Below, piece by piece: positions 47,061 through 57,408 of a stretch of DNA of 64,000 nt. Source of the DNA: a virus (lineage: Duplodnaviria; Caudoviricetes); the IMG/VR virus record IMGVR_UViG_3300027971_000001. One strand, 5' to 3'. Each line of letters starts with the position of its first letter. Within the stretch, counting starts at the first letter, position 1. The translations under genes and the position numbers were made by a program. The notes beneath the pieces are model-generated. The model was not told the origin of the DNA, searched no databases, and saw only the letters and a list, made by a program, of their open reading frames with translations.

Positions 47061-48899
47061 TTATACTGTCTCAACGACAACTTCTATTCTTTCCAGGAAA
47101 TTATCCCTGTCGTAAAGATAAGGAAATTGGAAATAATCCATATTTAAATTCTGTGTAGAAACATTAATATCTTCTTTGTCATATACACTATTCCAATAAA
47201 GAATGCTTATTCCATCAGCTTGTAGGACTCGACCATCATCAGTCACACGTTTTGTATAGAAATTTTTAACTCCAGTAACTTCTGAAATAGAATTGTTTAG
47301 CTTAGTTAAATCTACTGTTTGTTGTAATTTAATATTGTTCGAATCAAAATAATTTTGGAATATCTTTGCCACCACACTTTTGATTTCATCGTCATTTGTT
47401 CGTGAATCCATTCTTTTAACTATTACCAATTTGGTTTGTTTATAAATTTCCTTATCAAGAATTTCAACAGGTAGAGAAATTCCCAAATTAAAAGCCATAT
47501 AAACTGGATCACTATAAATAACTTCTGAAGAAGTTAATTTGATTGGATCGACATAAGATTCAATATATTGTTTTTGTGAATCTGTGACAAAATTATTGTT
47601 TACTTTTATTGAATTGCTCTTTTGTAATTTTGGAACCATATAACAATATACATTGTTAAAATTACATGTATCTGCAAATGTTACCTGATTATACAAAACT
47701 CGACTTTCCAATGAAGGATATTTTAATCCAATATTATACAAATATTTCATATGCCCATTCAAATAATCCTTATTATTCACAACTTGAACATCATGAATAA
47801 TATTTTTGAAGGTGTTTGAGATATAACTTTTAAAATCTGATGCAGTTATGAGACGATATTGACGTTTGAATGTATTTGGAGCATTATCCCTTATATTATC
47901 AACAGTTTCAGGTTCGCCAAATATTGTGGATGGATCTGTATTTGAAAATGAAATAAACCCAAACTGGGTTGTTGTCATGTAATTAATATTTTCATTTTTG
48001 GTATCATTTGTTACATCAGCATAATTCAAACTGCTGTAAGGAAACAAACTGTTACCATTCAATGCACCAACACCTATTTCTCCAGGTGTGCCATCGCTTT
48101 TCAAATAATAAATCAAGACTTCATCGCCACTATTGAGTTTTTTTCCTGTGACATCATTACCAAATTTTATTTCATAACGTCCATTTTCATTAAACCGAAG
48201 TTCATAAACTTTATCTTGATTTTCATTCAAGAATAAATTAGGCACCTGTGTCCAAAGAGACCATTTTTGACTAACCTTATCTTTTACATAAACATTCATG
48301 GTGAAGTGATCCACAAAAGGAGGATTTCCATCCTGATCAACCAAAACAACTCGTACCAATTCATATGGCTCACCAATTGCCGTATATATTGGATATTCAA
48401 CAAATCTTCCTTGGTAAAGAAGGTTATTTTTAGCTAATTGTTCGAGGGATACTCCTCTTGTTTCTGTTTTGGTAAAAGTAACATCCTCTTTGAATCCGTA
48501 ATGAATTCCGTTAACAATAAAATATGAATATCGAGGAATTGTATATGTTCCTATTGGTAAACTTTCACTTGCATTTGCTTGAAACGAAAGAACGCTTGTT
48601 TGATATCCTATCGGTTTATAATCGATAAGCTTAACAATACGATTCATGTTCTCATAAAGTTGTGCTTGAGTGAAAAGACTTTCGGATGATGTTTTGTTCA
48701 GATAAAACAACAGAACATGATAGCTATATGCAATAACATCCAAAAAGCTGTTAAAATTACTGCCTTCAAAAATTTGATCAGTAAACACACCTCCTCGGTT
48801 TAATTGATCTAACATCAAGCTTTTTAATGTTTGAGCATCAAATGCAGCATATGCATTTTGCTGCAATGGAAAATCTGTTTTTGAAATTTCGTTTGCCAT
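47061..48899 (-). CDS. gp6: Baseplate wedge protein
   Basis: FEGSNFNSFLDVIAY, FTQAQLYENM, FGNDVTGKK, GEPETVDNIR.NAP...QYRLITASDF. Confidence 0.9.
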   Translation of the reverse strand: MANEISKTDFPLQQNAYAAFDAQTLKSLMLDQLNRGGVFTDQIFEGSNFNSFLDVIAYSYHVLLFYLNKTSSESLFTQAQLYENMNRIVKLIDYKPIGYQTSVLSFQANASESLPIGTYTIPRYSYFIVNGIHYGFKEDVTFTKTETRGVSLEQLAKNNLLYQGRFVEYPIYTAIGEPYELVRVVLVDQDGNPPFVDHFTMNVYVKDKVSQKWSLWTQVPNLFLNENQDKVYELRFNENGRYEIKFGNDVTGKKLNSGDEVLIYYLKSDGTPGEIGVGALNGNSLFPYSSLNYADVTNDTKNENINYMTTTQFGFISFSNTDPSTIFGEPETVDNIRDNAPNTFKRQYRLITASDFKSYISNTFKNIIHDVQVVNNKDYLNGHMKYLYNIGLKYPSLESRVLYNQVTFADTCNFNNVYCYMVPKLQKSNSIKVNNNFVTDSQKQYIESYVDPIKLTSSEVIYSDPVYMAFNLGISLPVEILDKEIYKQTKLVIVKRMDSRTNDDEIKSVVAKIFQNYFDSNNIKLQQTVDLTKLNNSISEVTGVKNFYTKRVTDDGRVLQADGISILYWNSVYDKEDINVSTQNLNMDYFQFPYLYDRDNFLERIEVVVETV

Positions 48900-48901
48900 A
48901 A

Positions 48902-49375
48902 TTAGATAAAGTAAAATCCGCTATCTTTTAAAACGCCTTTAATATTTACGTTTGAAAGATTAAGAGATGGTACATTGATCCTCATGTTTATTGTGTACTG
49001 ACTTTGATCGTAATCTACGTTCACATTTATATTTAAAATAGAAACTCGTGGTTCAAACAATTCTGTTCCTTCAAAAATAACTTTTCCTATCAATCTGGCA
49101 TTTGCTTCACTTAAATTTGTAAAAACAAATTGCATGAGATTTAAGCCATAAATGGGGTTAAGAATCTTTTGTCCTGGAAGGGTTGTAAAAAGGTTAAAAA
49201 GACTGTTTTTTATTGCATCCAAATCATAATCTGCCTTTAAATCCTTGATTTCCAGCTTTTTGGACAATTCCGTCCCACGGGTATAATTTTGTTCTAAATC
49301 AAACCGAATATCCTTATAAATGTGATCATCTATTTTGGGTGGTTGCTGTAAAAATGAAAGGTTAATAGATGCCAT
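48902..49375 (-). CDS. gp25: Baseplate wedge subunit
   Basis: YKDIRFD, DLDAIKNSLFNLFTTLPGQKILNPIYG and FEPRV. Confidence 0.9.
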   Translation of the reverse strand: MASINLSFLQQPPKIDDHIYKDIRFDLEQNYTRGTELSKKLEIKDLKADYDLDAIKNSLFNLFTTLPGQKILNPIYGLNLMQFVFTNLSEANARLIGKVIFEGTELFEPRVSILNINVNVDYDQSQYTINMRINVPSLNLSNVNIKGVLKDSGFYFI

Positions 49376-49423
49376 ATTTTATAAATATTTAATATAAAAG
49401 TTTGTTTTTAAGGATAAATATTC

Positions 49424-50035
49424 ATGATGAGAAAATTTACAAGTTTATACGAGTCATTCATTAGCCGATATACCCGTGGTGGATTCCTTACCGGGGATAT
49501 TGTTAAATTTAAAGAAGGTGCTTTGAAAAATGAATGGTTCAAAAAACAAGGTTCTTCCATCGTTGAAAAGGCAAAACAGTTTGCTGATAGCGGTCTGCAC
49601 ATGCGTGTAAGCTCTGTAAAAACCCTTCGCCCCAGCAGTCAGCCTGGATTTGTTGAAGGAAATAACGCAGATGACTTTTATTGTGATGTTACACTCGAAT
49701 TAGCTCCTGGATGTTATAAAGATTTCATGACTCTTCCTGCCGGAATTCTTGAATATAAAGATTATTATCCGAATCTTCCTGAAGTACCTGAAGGTTTGAA
49801 AAGGGATAATAATATCAATATCAAACCCAAAGAACTTGAAGAAGAAAAAGCCACAGCAGCTGCTATTCTCAACCCCACCTATCAAACATCTCAGACAGAT
49901 CGGGGCGATGGTAAAAATTCACCTTCCGAAATTGAATTAAAGAATACAAACGTAAAGATACCTTCCAAACCTGCTGAAGGTAGTAAGAATCCTAGTGTGG
50001 CTTCTTATACCTACGATTATCTTCCTAAGAGCTAA
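49424..50035 (+). CDS. Hypothetical late protein
   Basis: GATAAATA at 49413-49420 just upstream; N-terminus MMRKFTSLYESF. Confidence 0.75.
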   Translation: MMRKFTSLYESFISRYTRGGFLTGDIVKFKEGALKNEWFKKQGSSIVEKAKQFADSGLHMRVSSVKTLRPSSQPGFVEGNNADDFYCDVTLELAPGCYKDFMTLPAGILEYKDYYPNLPEVPEGLKRDNNINIKPKELEEEKATAAAILNPTYQTSQTDRGDGKNSPSEIELKNTNVKIPSKPAEGSKNPSVASYTYDYLPKS

Positions 50036-50960
50036 TAATATCCTGTAGTTTACAAACGCAGGAAGAAAAGTTTATTTCCTGATCCAATACCTGTTTACTC
50101 CTATACAGCGTTTCTGATAGTTCTAAAAAGCATTTCTTTTTCTTTACAATATCCATATCAGAATAGAAAATAACTTCGCATATTTTTTTGGTCAGACCAT
50201 AATAATCAGAATCAAAGTTCTTTTCATTTTCTATAATATATTTTCTTACTGTCACAAAATCTTCTTTTGATAGTTTATTGAGCAATCCGGATGCAACACT
50301 TTCAAGATTTTGTACATTATCATTCAAATTAAAAGATAAATCCAAAGATGCTTGAAGTTCAAATACAATTTTACGAATATCTGGATAAAACGCTTTTACT
50401 TTTTTTGTAAGAATATCTTTGTTTTTATCATTTATTTCTATCTTTTCATTTTTTAAAATATTAAGACATCTTTCCAAACATGTTTTAACAGGAGGATTGG
50501 AAATGTTTATTTCATAAACCCGGCTACGAATAGGATCAATTACTCTGTTAATATCATTACAAGTAAAAATGAAGCGGTTGGTTTCGGAATACTCTTCCAA
50601 CATGTTTCTCAAAGCTCGCATGGCATCTGCTGTAAACCCGTCAAACTCATCCAATATAACCACCTGAATAGACCCGTTACTGGGCATAAGTTGCAGGAAA
50701 TTTTTAATTTCATCCCGTACAGTATCGATTCCTCGGGTATCTGATGCATTAATATACAAATAATCGCAACCTAGTTCTTTGACTATGATTTTTGCCAATG
50801 AAGTTTTGCCCATCCCTTGTTTTCCATAAAGCAAAAGATGCGTGATTGTTTTCTTTTGTAAGCAATTTTTTATGAATTCCCTAGTTTTATCATCCAAAAC
50901 GATTTCTTCCAAATTTTGTGGCCGATATTTTTCCACCCATAGATTATTTGCAATATTCAT
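50025..50960 (-). CDS. gp44: Clamp loader AAA+ subunit (RFC-like)
   Basis: LWVEKYRP, GKQGMGKTS, INASD, ILDEFD, LRNMLEE and IRSR. Confidence 0.95.
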   Translation of the reverse strand: MNIANNLWVEKYRPQNLEEIVLDDKTREFIKNCLQKKTITHLLLYGKQGMGKTSLAKIIVKELGCDYLYINASDTRGIDTVRDEIKNFLQLMPSNGSIQVVILDEFDGFTADAMRALRNMLEEYSETNRFIFTCNDINRVIDPIRSRVYEINISNPPVKTCLERCLNILKNEKIEINDKNKDILTKKVKAFYPDIRKIVFELQASLDLSFNLNDNVQNLESVASGLLNKLSKEDFVTVRKYIIENEKNFDSDYYGLTKKICEVIFYSDMDIVKKKKCFLELSETLYRSKQVLDQEINFSSCVCKLQDIISS

Positions 50961-50977
50961 ATTAGTTGTAAATATAT

Positions 50978-51005
50978 ATGTTATGGATCAAAAAGTCGAA
51001 GTCAA
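50978..51005 (-). promoter_or_regulatory. Sigma70-like promoter TTGACT-16-TAACAT for gp44
   Basis: Read on the minus strand; ATG 17 nt after the -10. Confidence 0.55.
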
Positions 51006-51468
51006 GAATTTATTAGACCAGTTGAAGGATGTACAGGCATTGTCTGAATCGCCCAGACAACCCGAAATTAAACTGGAAAAAGACCAAGTTGAGGATTTTG
51101 TAATCCAGCAATCGTCTCGTTTGATAAAGGAAACAAATGAACTCATACTTTCAATGAAGGATTATATAGCCCACAGTCCTGAAAGCAAGGAAATACTAGC
51201 AATTTCTGAACTAATTAAAGCAAGTACAGCAGCAATAGACACTTTAAATAAAATTAATTTGAGTGAAAAGAAAAATCAAAATGCCAAAGAAATCAAAAAA
51301 ATGGATATTGAATCTAAAAAGGAACTTAAAAATACTGAAAATGAAAGTCGCATGACTTTTACACGGGAAGAAATTCTGAAACAATTGATGCAATCTTCTG
51401 TTTCAATTGAGAGTGTTACTGTTGATGCTAAGAAATCGGAACCGTATCCAAAGCTCGCCGGTTCGTAA
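50983..51468 (+). CDS. Possible terminase small subunit (gp16-like)
   Basis: Helical, with SKEILAISELIKASTAAIDTLNK and TREEILKQL resembling gp16 segments; TGTAAATA 8 nt before ATG 50983. Confidence 0.45.
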   Translation: MDQKVEVKNLLDQLKDVQALSESPRQPEIKLEKDQVEDFVIQQSSRLIKETNELILSMKDYIAHSPESKEILAISELIKASTAAIDTLNKINLSEKKNQNAKEIKKMDIESKKELKNTENESRMTFTREEILKQLMQSSVSIESVTVDAKKSEPYPKLAGS

Positions 51469-52282
51469 ATGATGTCAAAATATCTGCGGCACGGCTTTTG
51501 AGTTGTGTTTGATACTGAACTTGTCCTTCCACTAATGTTGTTACGATTGTTGGTGGTACGACTTGAACATTTGTGGATTGGCTGTTTGGATTGTAATTTG
51601 AATAAAATTCATTTACTCTGAAGAAATCTGAAAATTCTTGTCGCAATTTTTGCGTAACATCATTTATACTTTTCATCATTCTTTGATAATGGTTATAATC
51701 AGGAATCATATTTTGTCCGTGTGATAAAGTATTTTCAGAAACTTTTTCTTGAAGATTAAATGATGAGTAACGGAAAAGACTATTAGAAGATTTTGAAAAG
51801 CTGGAGTTAACAATTTTGGCATTGTTACTGAGAGTATTTTCCATACCAGCACCATATAATGCAGGAACAGGAAGATTTTCCATATCTCGATCAGAAACCA
51901 ATTGAGTCGATGAATTCGTATAATTGCTCATTCGTGCCAATGATCCAACACAATCTGATGGATTTCTATTAATTGTGGCATTTGGTCCCATTTCTAATCT
52001 TACTTGGTCTTGTACTTCAGAATATGTTGTTTTGTATTGCTTCAACCAATGAACAACAAAATCTGTTTTAAGACTTTTTAAATCAAGATTTTTAAAAAAG
52101 TCTGTTTTTGCTTTTATCGGATCGTTTGCATAATCTGTTTTCAACCACTCTAGATGAACATCCAATTCTTTAGGAAGATTACCAATATAATCCAAATAAT
52201 TTGATGCAGACTTGTAAAAATCTTTTTTAAAAAAAAGATTAACTGATACCATTTCTGGATCTATTGTTTTAATATTATTCAT
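51428..52282 (-). CDS. Hypothetical baseplate-region protein
   Basis: ATGA-coupled to the hub gene. Confidence 0.7.
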   Translation of the reverse strand: MNNIKTIDPEMVSVNLFFKKDFYKSASNYLDYIGNLPKELDVHLEWLKTDYANDPIKAKTDFFKNLDLKSLKTDFVVHWLKQYKTTYSEVQDQVRLEMGPNATINRNPSDCVGSLARMSNYTNSSTQLVSDRDMENLPVPALYGAGMENTLSNNAKIVNSSFSKSSNSLFRYSSFNLQEKVSENTLSHGQNMIPDYNHYQRMMKSINDVTQKLRQEFSDFFRVNEFYSNYNPNSQSTNVQVVPPTIVTTLVEGQVQYQTQLKSRAADILTSFTNRRALDTVPIS

Positions 52283-53889
52283 GATACTTTACTGGTAAAT
52301 TTCGGATCTTTATAATTATAAGTTTTCACTGCAAAAATTTCATTGTAATATTTTTGATCCATGAACACATGTTCAACCCGAATGACCAAATATATACCCA
52401 AATTTTTATCATCGAAATAATTATCTGGTACACTGTTATGTCTTTGTATGCTTATGAATTGTCCCGCTTGACGACTTGTAACACCTTTAGTTCTGAATTT
52501 TATACAATTATTTAAAAATAATGAAGAACGCAATATGGCATTACGACCAAAAGAATATCTTTGAGTTTGACTTTCGCTGCTGATAGTGAAAATATTTTGT
52601 ATATTTTGTTGTTTGAGACGATATTGATTATTTGCAAGATTTGATGCGGGTGGTTTTCCACCAGATCCTTTTAAATTCTTAACATAATTGTTAATATAGG
52701 TTTGTTGTGCTGATTCAATATCATTGTTCGAAAAGTCTATACGGAATGTGTTTGTGCTGAAATTATGACTATGTACGGGATGTGAAACAATCTTTTCTTG
52801 AGTATCCTTTCCTGAAATGTTGGTAAATTCATATTGATTTAATATACTGGAATCATTAAAAGTCATCATGTTTCCGGCAAAATCTGGAACTCTGGATTGA
52901 ACTGTGGAGGTTGTAGAATCGTCCATAGGCATGCCAAGGAAAAAACTTTCGAGCAGGGAGGGTCCAGCCGATTCACTTAAACCAAATTGAGATAAAGAAG
53001 GAGAATTTATGAATGCGGAACTGAACAAATCTTTAAAACTTTGCAATTTCCATTCTTCAGTATATCTTTCCAATCGCAAATAACAGTTGTCATAATCAGA
53101 TTCAGACGAACTTACATGATAATCCAACAGATAATTCAAATCATCTATTGCTTTATATTGTGCAGGACTGCTATAAAATAATGTGCTTCCTCCAACATCC
53201 CATTTTCTAGAAATTTTAGGATTATATCCTTCTTCTGCATTAAAAACCTTTTTGATAAGATTTTGAATCGCAGTTCCTGTCGGTATTCCCCTATCCTGAT
53301 TTGACAATTTAATAACTTCTTTGTTATCAAGATAATCGGATGTTGAAAAATATGCCTGTTTTTCATTCATTATTTGATAAGTCACATCATGAAAATAAAG
53401 CTTTTTATATTTTTCATTTAAAGTATTTCCCCGAATATCTTCAGAATTATAAATTGAAAAGGTAAAACGCATATTAAAAACAATTTTATCTTTTTCATTC
53501 ATTTCACCTTTTTTAATTGTTCCAGGTTTAATTTCTGGCATGATATCAACAATTAGAAAATCCCTTGCATCACCTCTATAACGATATCCTTTGCCTACTG
53601 TTCCATTTAATGTTCCATCAACTAATGATGGAGTTTGAGAATAGCCTGGTTGCAGTGAATTTAATGATTCAATAACATCGAATTTATTATCGTAAATTAA
53701 ATAACCTTCCTGATAGAAATTGCTGATATCGTCTTCAATATACAAAGTTTTGATTGCAGATTGTTTGATGCGCACCACATCATAATCAGGATTAAACAAT
53801 AAAATGTTATAATAATATAAAATATCATTGATCTGAACAACCTGATCATTATAATTTTGAAGGTTGCTAATCGGGGCGGGCAAACTCAT
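52279..53889 (-). CDS. Probable baseplate hub protein (gp27-like)
   Basis: Follows gp53; C-terminal RQAGQFISI...GIYLVIRVEHVF resembles hub beta-barrels. Confidence 0.6.
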   Translation of the reverse strand: MSLPAPISNLQNYNDQVVQINDILYYYNILLFNPDYDVVRIKQSAIKTLYIEDDISNFYQEGYLIYDNKFDVIESLNSLQPGYSQTPSLVDGTLNGTVGKGYRYRGDARDFLIVDIMPEIKPGTIKKGEMNEKDKIVFNMRFTFSIYNSEDIRGNTLNEKYKKLYFHDVTYQIMNEKQAYFSTSDYLDNKEVIKLSNQDRGIPTGTAIQNLIKKVFNAEEGYNPKISRKWDVGGSTLFYSSPAQYKAIDDLNYLLDYHVSSSESDYDNCYLRLERYTEEWKLQSFKDLFSSAFINSPSLSQFGLSESAGPSLLESFFLGMPMDDSTTSTVQSRVPDFAGNMMTFNDSSILNQYEFTNISGKDTQEKIVSHPVHSHNFSTNTFRIDFSNNDIESAQQTYINNYVKNLKGSGGKPPASNLANNQYRLKQQNIQNIFTISSESQTQRYSFGRNAILRSSLFLNNCIKFRTKGVTSRQAGQFISIQRHNSVPDNYFDDKNLGIYLVIRVEHVFMDQKYYNEIFAVKTYNYKDPKFTSKVS

Positions 53890-54257
53890 AAGTTAATATT
53901 TTTTTGTATTATATTTAAGACTGTTGCCAAATAATTTTTTCTAATAACTTTAAGTTCAGCTCCAGGTTCAACAAATTTTATAGGATTGTTTATTTTATTT
54001 ACAAGACATATGAACCACCACAAGTCTATTGTTCCATATTGTTCATAACTTATGGTTGTCCACGGTATTTTTCGGTTTAATTTTATTATATAATAAAATT
54101 GTTGATCAATATTGTCTGGAACAATAATATTATTCAAAATATTATAAAAATAAATAGAATTCGGATCTTTATACAATTTAAAAATATTTTCATACCGTGT
54201 TGAATCCAAAGGAAACAAATCCGGGATATCATTTTGTTGTTTTCCAAAATCTATCAT
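53886..54257 (-). CDS. gp53: Baseplate wedge LysM-like protein
   Basis: WTTISYEQYGTIDLWWFICLVNKINNP...GAELKV. Confidence 0.85.
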   Translation of the reverse strand: MIDFGKQQNDIPDLFPLDSTRYENIFKLYKDPNSIYFYNILNNIIVPDNIDQQFYYIIKLNRKIPWTTISYEQYGTIDLWWFICLVNKINNPIKFVEPGAELKVIRKNYLATVLNIIQKNINL

Positions 54258-54259
54258 AA

Positions 54260-55492
54260 TTATATTCCTCCTGTGGTAGTTACACTTACAGGATCTGCAT
54301 TTAATGATGTGTAAAGGAAATTACGAGTTTCAGAAACCAATCCTTTAAGTGTGATTTGTATGCTATAACCATCTGGAATAATTGTATTAACACTGTTTTG
54401 ACCTTGACCCAGACTGCTTTCATCCTTGAATGTTATATTCATTGGACGGCGAGATCCCTGGAATTGAACTTCCAATCTGCTCACATAAGCATATGGCATA
54501 TATTTTATACCTGGAAGTGAAACTTCATAAATTACAGGCGGTTCAATCAAATCTCGTGTAAAACGAATAGGACGGTTTTGATAAACCATAAGATATATGA
54601 ATTGCCAATTTCTTACTACATCCTCATAAGTGGCATGACCAGTATTCAAAAGAGGAAATTGGATGGTAACCTCATCTCCGCTATCTTGGAATTGATAAAA
54701 TTTAGGTTTTTCAATATATGTTCCTGGTTCCATTATATTGATTGCTCCGGCCATACTTTCAGCCAATGCCCGACTTCCTGCTACAAGTTCTGATGCTCCT
54801 CCTGCAAATATACCCTCTCCTATACCTCCTACATTTGCATCACCAAAGTCATTTGAAACACCATTTTGATAATCTTCAAAATAAGGAAGAACGTATTCCC
54901 ATCCTGTAGGTTCTGTAATATATAAACCTTCATAAACACGCAACACATTTCGAGAACCTTGATTTTGAGGAAGACTAAAAAGACCATCACCTCCTAAGAA
55001 ATTATTGAATTTTTCTTTAGCTCCACCTATTAATGAACCGAGTTTGTCTATCGTACTTCCGGTAGGTCCAGATTGAAGAAAATTCTGAACTTTTTGAAGC
55101 TGTTCGCTCAATTGACCTTGTGTAACAGTATCCAAAGATCGTCCTGCCCTTTGCAACAATCCAGTTTTATCAAACAAACCTACAGTCATTGAGTTATAAG
55201 CCGCTTGAGCAATAAGTGCATTCGTTTTTAGACGTTTTTCACTTAAAGCAATATAAGGAACTTCTTCTCGCTTGGTTAAAGGGGTATGAGTCCAATATAA
55301 ACCATTTATAACATCAACAAGAAATTTATCACCTATTCGAAGACGTTGTGAGGATCCTTGTGCAATCGAAGATCCTACAGAATAACCAGCTCCTACCAAA
55401 ACAGGAGGAGCTGAATCGCCAGTAACATCCCTTCCTTCAAAATTGATGGGATTGTCTGCAAATTTCCAAATATCTCCTACAAAATCTGACAT
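54260..55492 (-). CDS. Baseplate-tube junction protein (gp48-like)
   Basis: Between tape measure and gp53; EVTIQFPL, PPVIYEV.LPG, YVSRLEV and ITLK. Confidence 0.55.
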   Translation of the reverse strand: MSDFVGDIWKFADNPINFEGRDVTGDSAPPVLVGAGYSVGSSIAQGSSQRLRIGDKFLVDVINGLYWTHTPLTKREEVPYIALSEKRLKTNALIAQAAYNSMTVGLFDKTGLLQRAGRSLDTVTQGQLSEQLQKVQNFLQSGPTGSTIDKLGSLIGGAKEKFNNFLGGDGLFSLPQNQGSRNVLRVYEGLYITEPTGWEYVLPYFEDYQNGVSNDFGDANVGGIGEGIFAGGASELVAGSRALAESMAGAINIMEPGTYIEKPKFYQFQDSGDEVTIQFPLLNTGHATYEDVVRNWQFIYLMVYQNRPIRFTRDLIEPPVIYEVSLPGIKYMPYAYVSRLEVQFQGSRRPMNITFKDESSLGQGQNSVNTIIPDGYSIQITLKGLVSETRNFLYTSLNADPVSVTTTGGI

Positions 55493-55494
55493 AA

Positions 55495-57381
55495 TTAATT
55501 ACCTCTGTATCCTTTTCTCAAATCAAAAACTGAAGTTGATTGGGGAAAACTGTTTTGTGTGCTTTGGTTGATAACATTATTGACAACATTCTTTCCGTTT
55601 GCCAATTGTTCCATCAACATATCAAATTTTTGATTTAATGTTTTGAATTCACGCAATTGATCTACTGCTATCTTGTTGTTAACAGTATTTGTTTTATTGA
55701 GATTGCCCATTTGATCACCAAACATTGAAAAAGCTTCAGACGGATTGTTTTCAATTTTAGATACTAAATTTTCAAAATTAAACCCATTTGTTTTATTTAA
55801 ATTATTCATTTCATCGGTGAACACTGAAAAAGGTTTTGATAAATCATTTAAATTTCTATTAGCCATATTTGTTTCTGAAGAAACATCAAATATAGGCGTT
55901 GTAGCAACTGCAGGTGTAGGCATTTCTGTTATTTGTGATTCTGATGCTATGGCTTTTAATTCCTCACCTACTTTTTTCATGAAAGGAATCTGGGATATTT
56001 TGTCAGCCAAAGACTTTATACCATCCCAAATCATGACAAAAAAGTTCTTTATATAACCAAAGAATTTTGATGCCAATGATGCTATTTCTTTCATTAACGG
56101 TGCAATATATTCAAAGGTTTTTTTAAGAATATTAAACGCACCGACAACAGGACCGCCTAAAAGATTTAATATTGGAGTTATGTATGGACCAAATTTTTCC
56201 CCTATAGCTTTAAAAAGATTTATAATAGGATCAAAAATATTTCCTATTCTTTTTGCGATAGCTGTGTAAAATTTTCCTAAATCAAATCTATCAAAGAAAT
56301 CACTAATTTTCTTTCCCAGATCTTTATCAAACCAACCTATAATCCAACCAACTATTTTTCCGGGTATGGAAATGATTACAGATGAAAGTTGATTTCCTAT
56401 TTGTGACAATCCTTGTAACCATTTTCCTTCCCGAAACGGCTTAAATATCTCTTCTATCCGATCCCTGATAGTTTCAAACTTAAAAAGATCCAAACCAAAA
56501 ATTTCAAAGAAATCAAAAAAGTTTAACAATCCTTTTGTAAGACCTGTAACTACTTTTTGAAGAAATGATTTGTCTTTAAGCTTAGGATCATTAAATGCTT
56601 CAACCAATCCAACAATAACTTCAAAAAGAGCCAAAACAGGTCCTAAAATTTTACCAACCAACCTTCCTATTTTGGATCCAACTTGAAAAACTTTAAATGC
56701 TATTCTTATATAATCTTCAAACAATCTAAAAAAGGTCGGAAATGCTTTCATCATAAGCAAAGGACCTTTTCCACCTTCAACTATTTTGAAAACTCTTCCT
56801 ATAGTTTCAAACAATTTAGCTATAGGTTTAATAACCTTTTCTTTTAAAGCATCTTCAATAAATTTTACAAATTTTGTTTCACGTATAGGTTTTAACAATT
56901 CAAGAATTTTAAGTTTTATAGCAGAAAAAATTTCTTTTATGAATTTTCCTAATTTGGTTTCACTTAAAAATAATTTTAATCCTTTTAACATCTTTACTAT
57001 TTCTGCAATAGCTCCGGATACAATACCAGCTAAAAGTGCAAGTGCACCTAAAAGTGCTTTTATCCACTTATTAGATTTTTCTTCAATTTTTGCCAATGTA
57101 GGTGAAAGAACAAGATCTTTAATTTCTTTTTGTTTAAATTCAGGTCTTCCCACTTTTTCTTCACCTTTGGGAAATACAATATCTTTGATTGATTTGGCAA
57201 GAATTTTCGACATTGTTTCCCACCGACGTTTTTCAGTAGTTGAAAGAGTAGAAGACAATTTATCGTCCTCATTTACTATAGTATCCCCCTTTTCATCCCC
57301 CTTCTTTCTGTCAAAAGAAGCCAATTTATCTACTGTTTGGGATAAGGTTTTTAAGAGATTGATTGTCTCTTCATTAGTCAT
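55495..57381 (-). CDS. Tape-measure-like protein (gp29 position)
   Basis: 628 aa amphipathic helical repeats with hydrophobic stretches; AATAAATA 6 nt upstream. Confidence 0.6.
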   Translation of the reverse strand: MTNEETINLLKTLSQTVDKLASFDRKKGDEKGDTIVNEDDKLSSTLSTTEKRRWETMSKILAKSIKDIVFPKGEEKVGRPEFKQKEIKDLVLSPTLAKIEEKSNKWIKALLGALALLAGIVSGAIAEIVKMLKGLKLFLSETKLGKFIKEIFSAIKLKILELLKPIRETKFVKFIEDALKEKVIKPIAKLFETIGRVFKIVEGGKGPLLMMKAFPTFFRLFEDYIRIAFKVFQVGSKIGRLVGKILGPVLALFEVIVGLVEAFNDPKLKDKSFLQKVVTGLTKGLLNFFDFFEIFGLDLFKFETIRDRIEEIFKPFREGKWLQGLSQIGNQLSSVIISIPGKIVGWIIGWFDKDLGKKISDFFDRFDLGKFYTAIAKRIGNIFDPIINLFKAIGEKFGPYITPILNLLGGPVVGAFNILKKTFEYIAPLMKEIASLASKFFGYIKNFFVMIWDGIKSLADKISQIPFMKKVGEELKAIASESQITEMPTPAVATTPIFDVSSETNMANRNLNDLSKPFSVFTDEMNNLNKTNGFNFENLVSKIENNPSEAFSMFGDQMGNLNKTNTVNNKIAVDQLREFKTLNQKFDMLMEQLANGKNVVNNVINQSTQNSFPQSTSVFDLRKGYRGN

Positions 57382-57408
57382 CCAAAATATTTATTAAAAA
57401 ATATCTTT

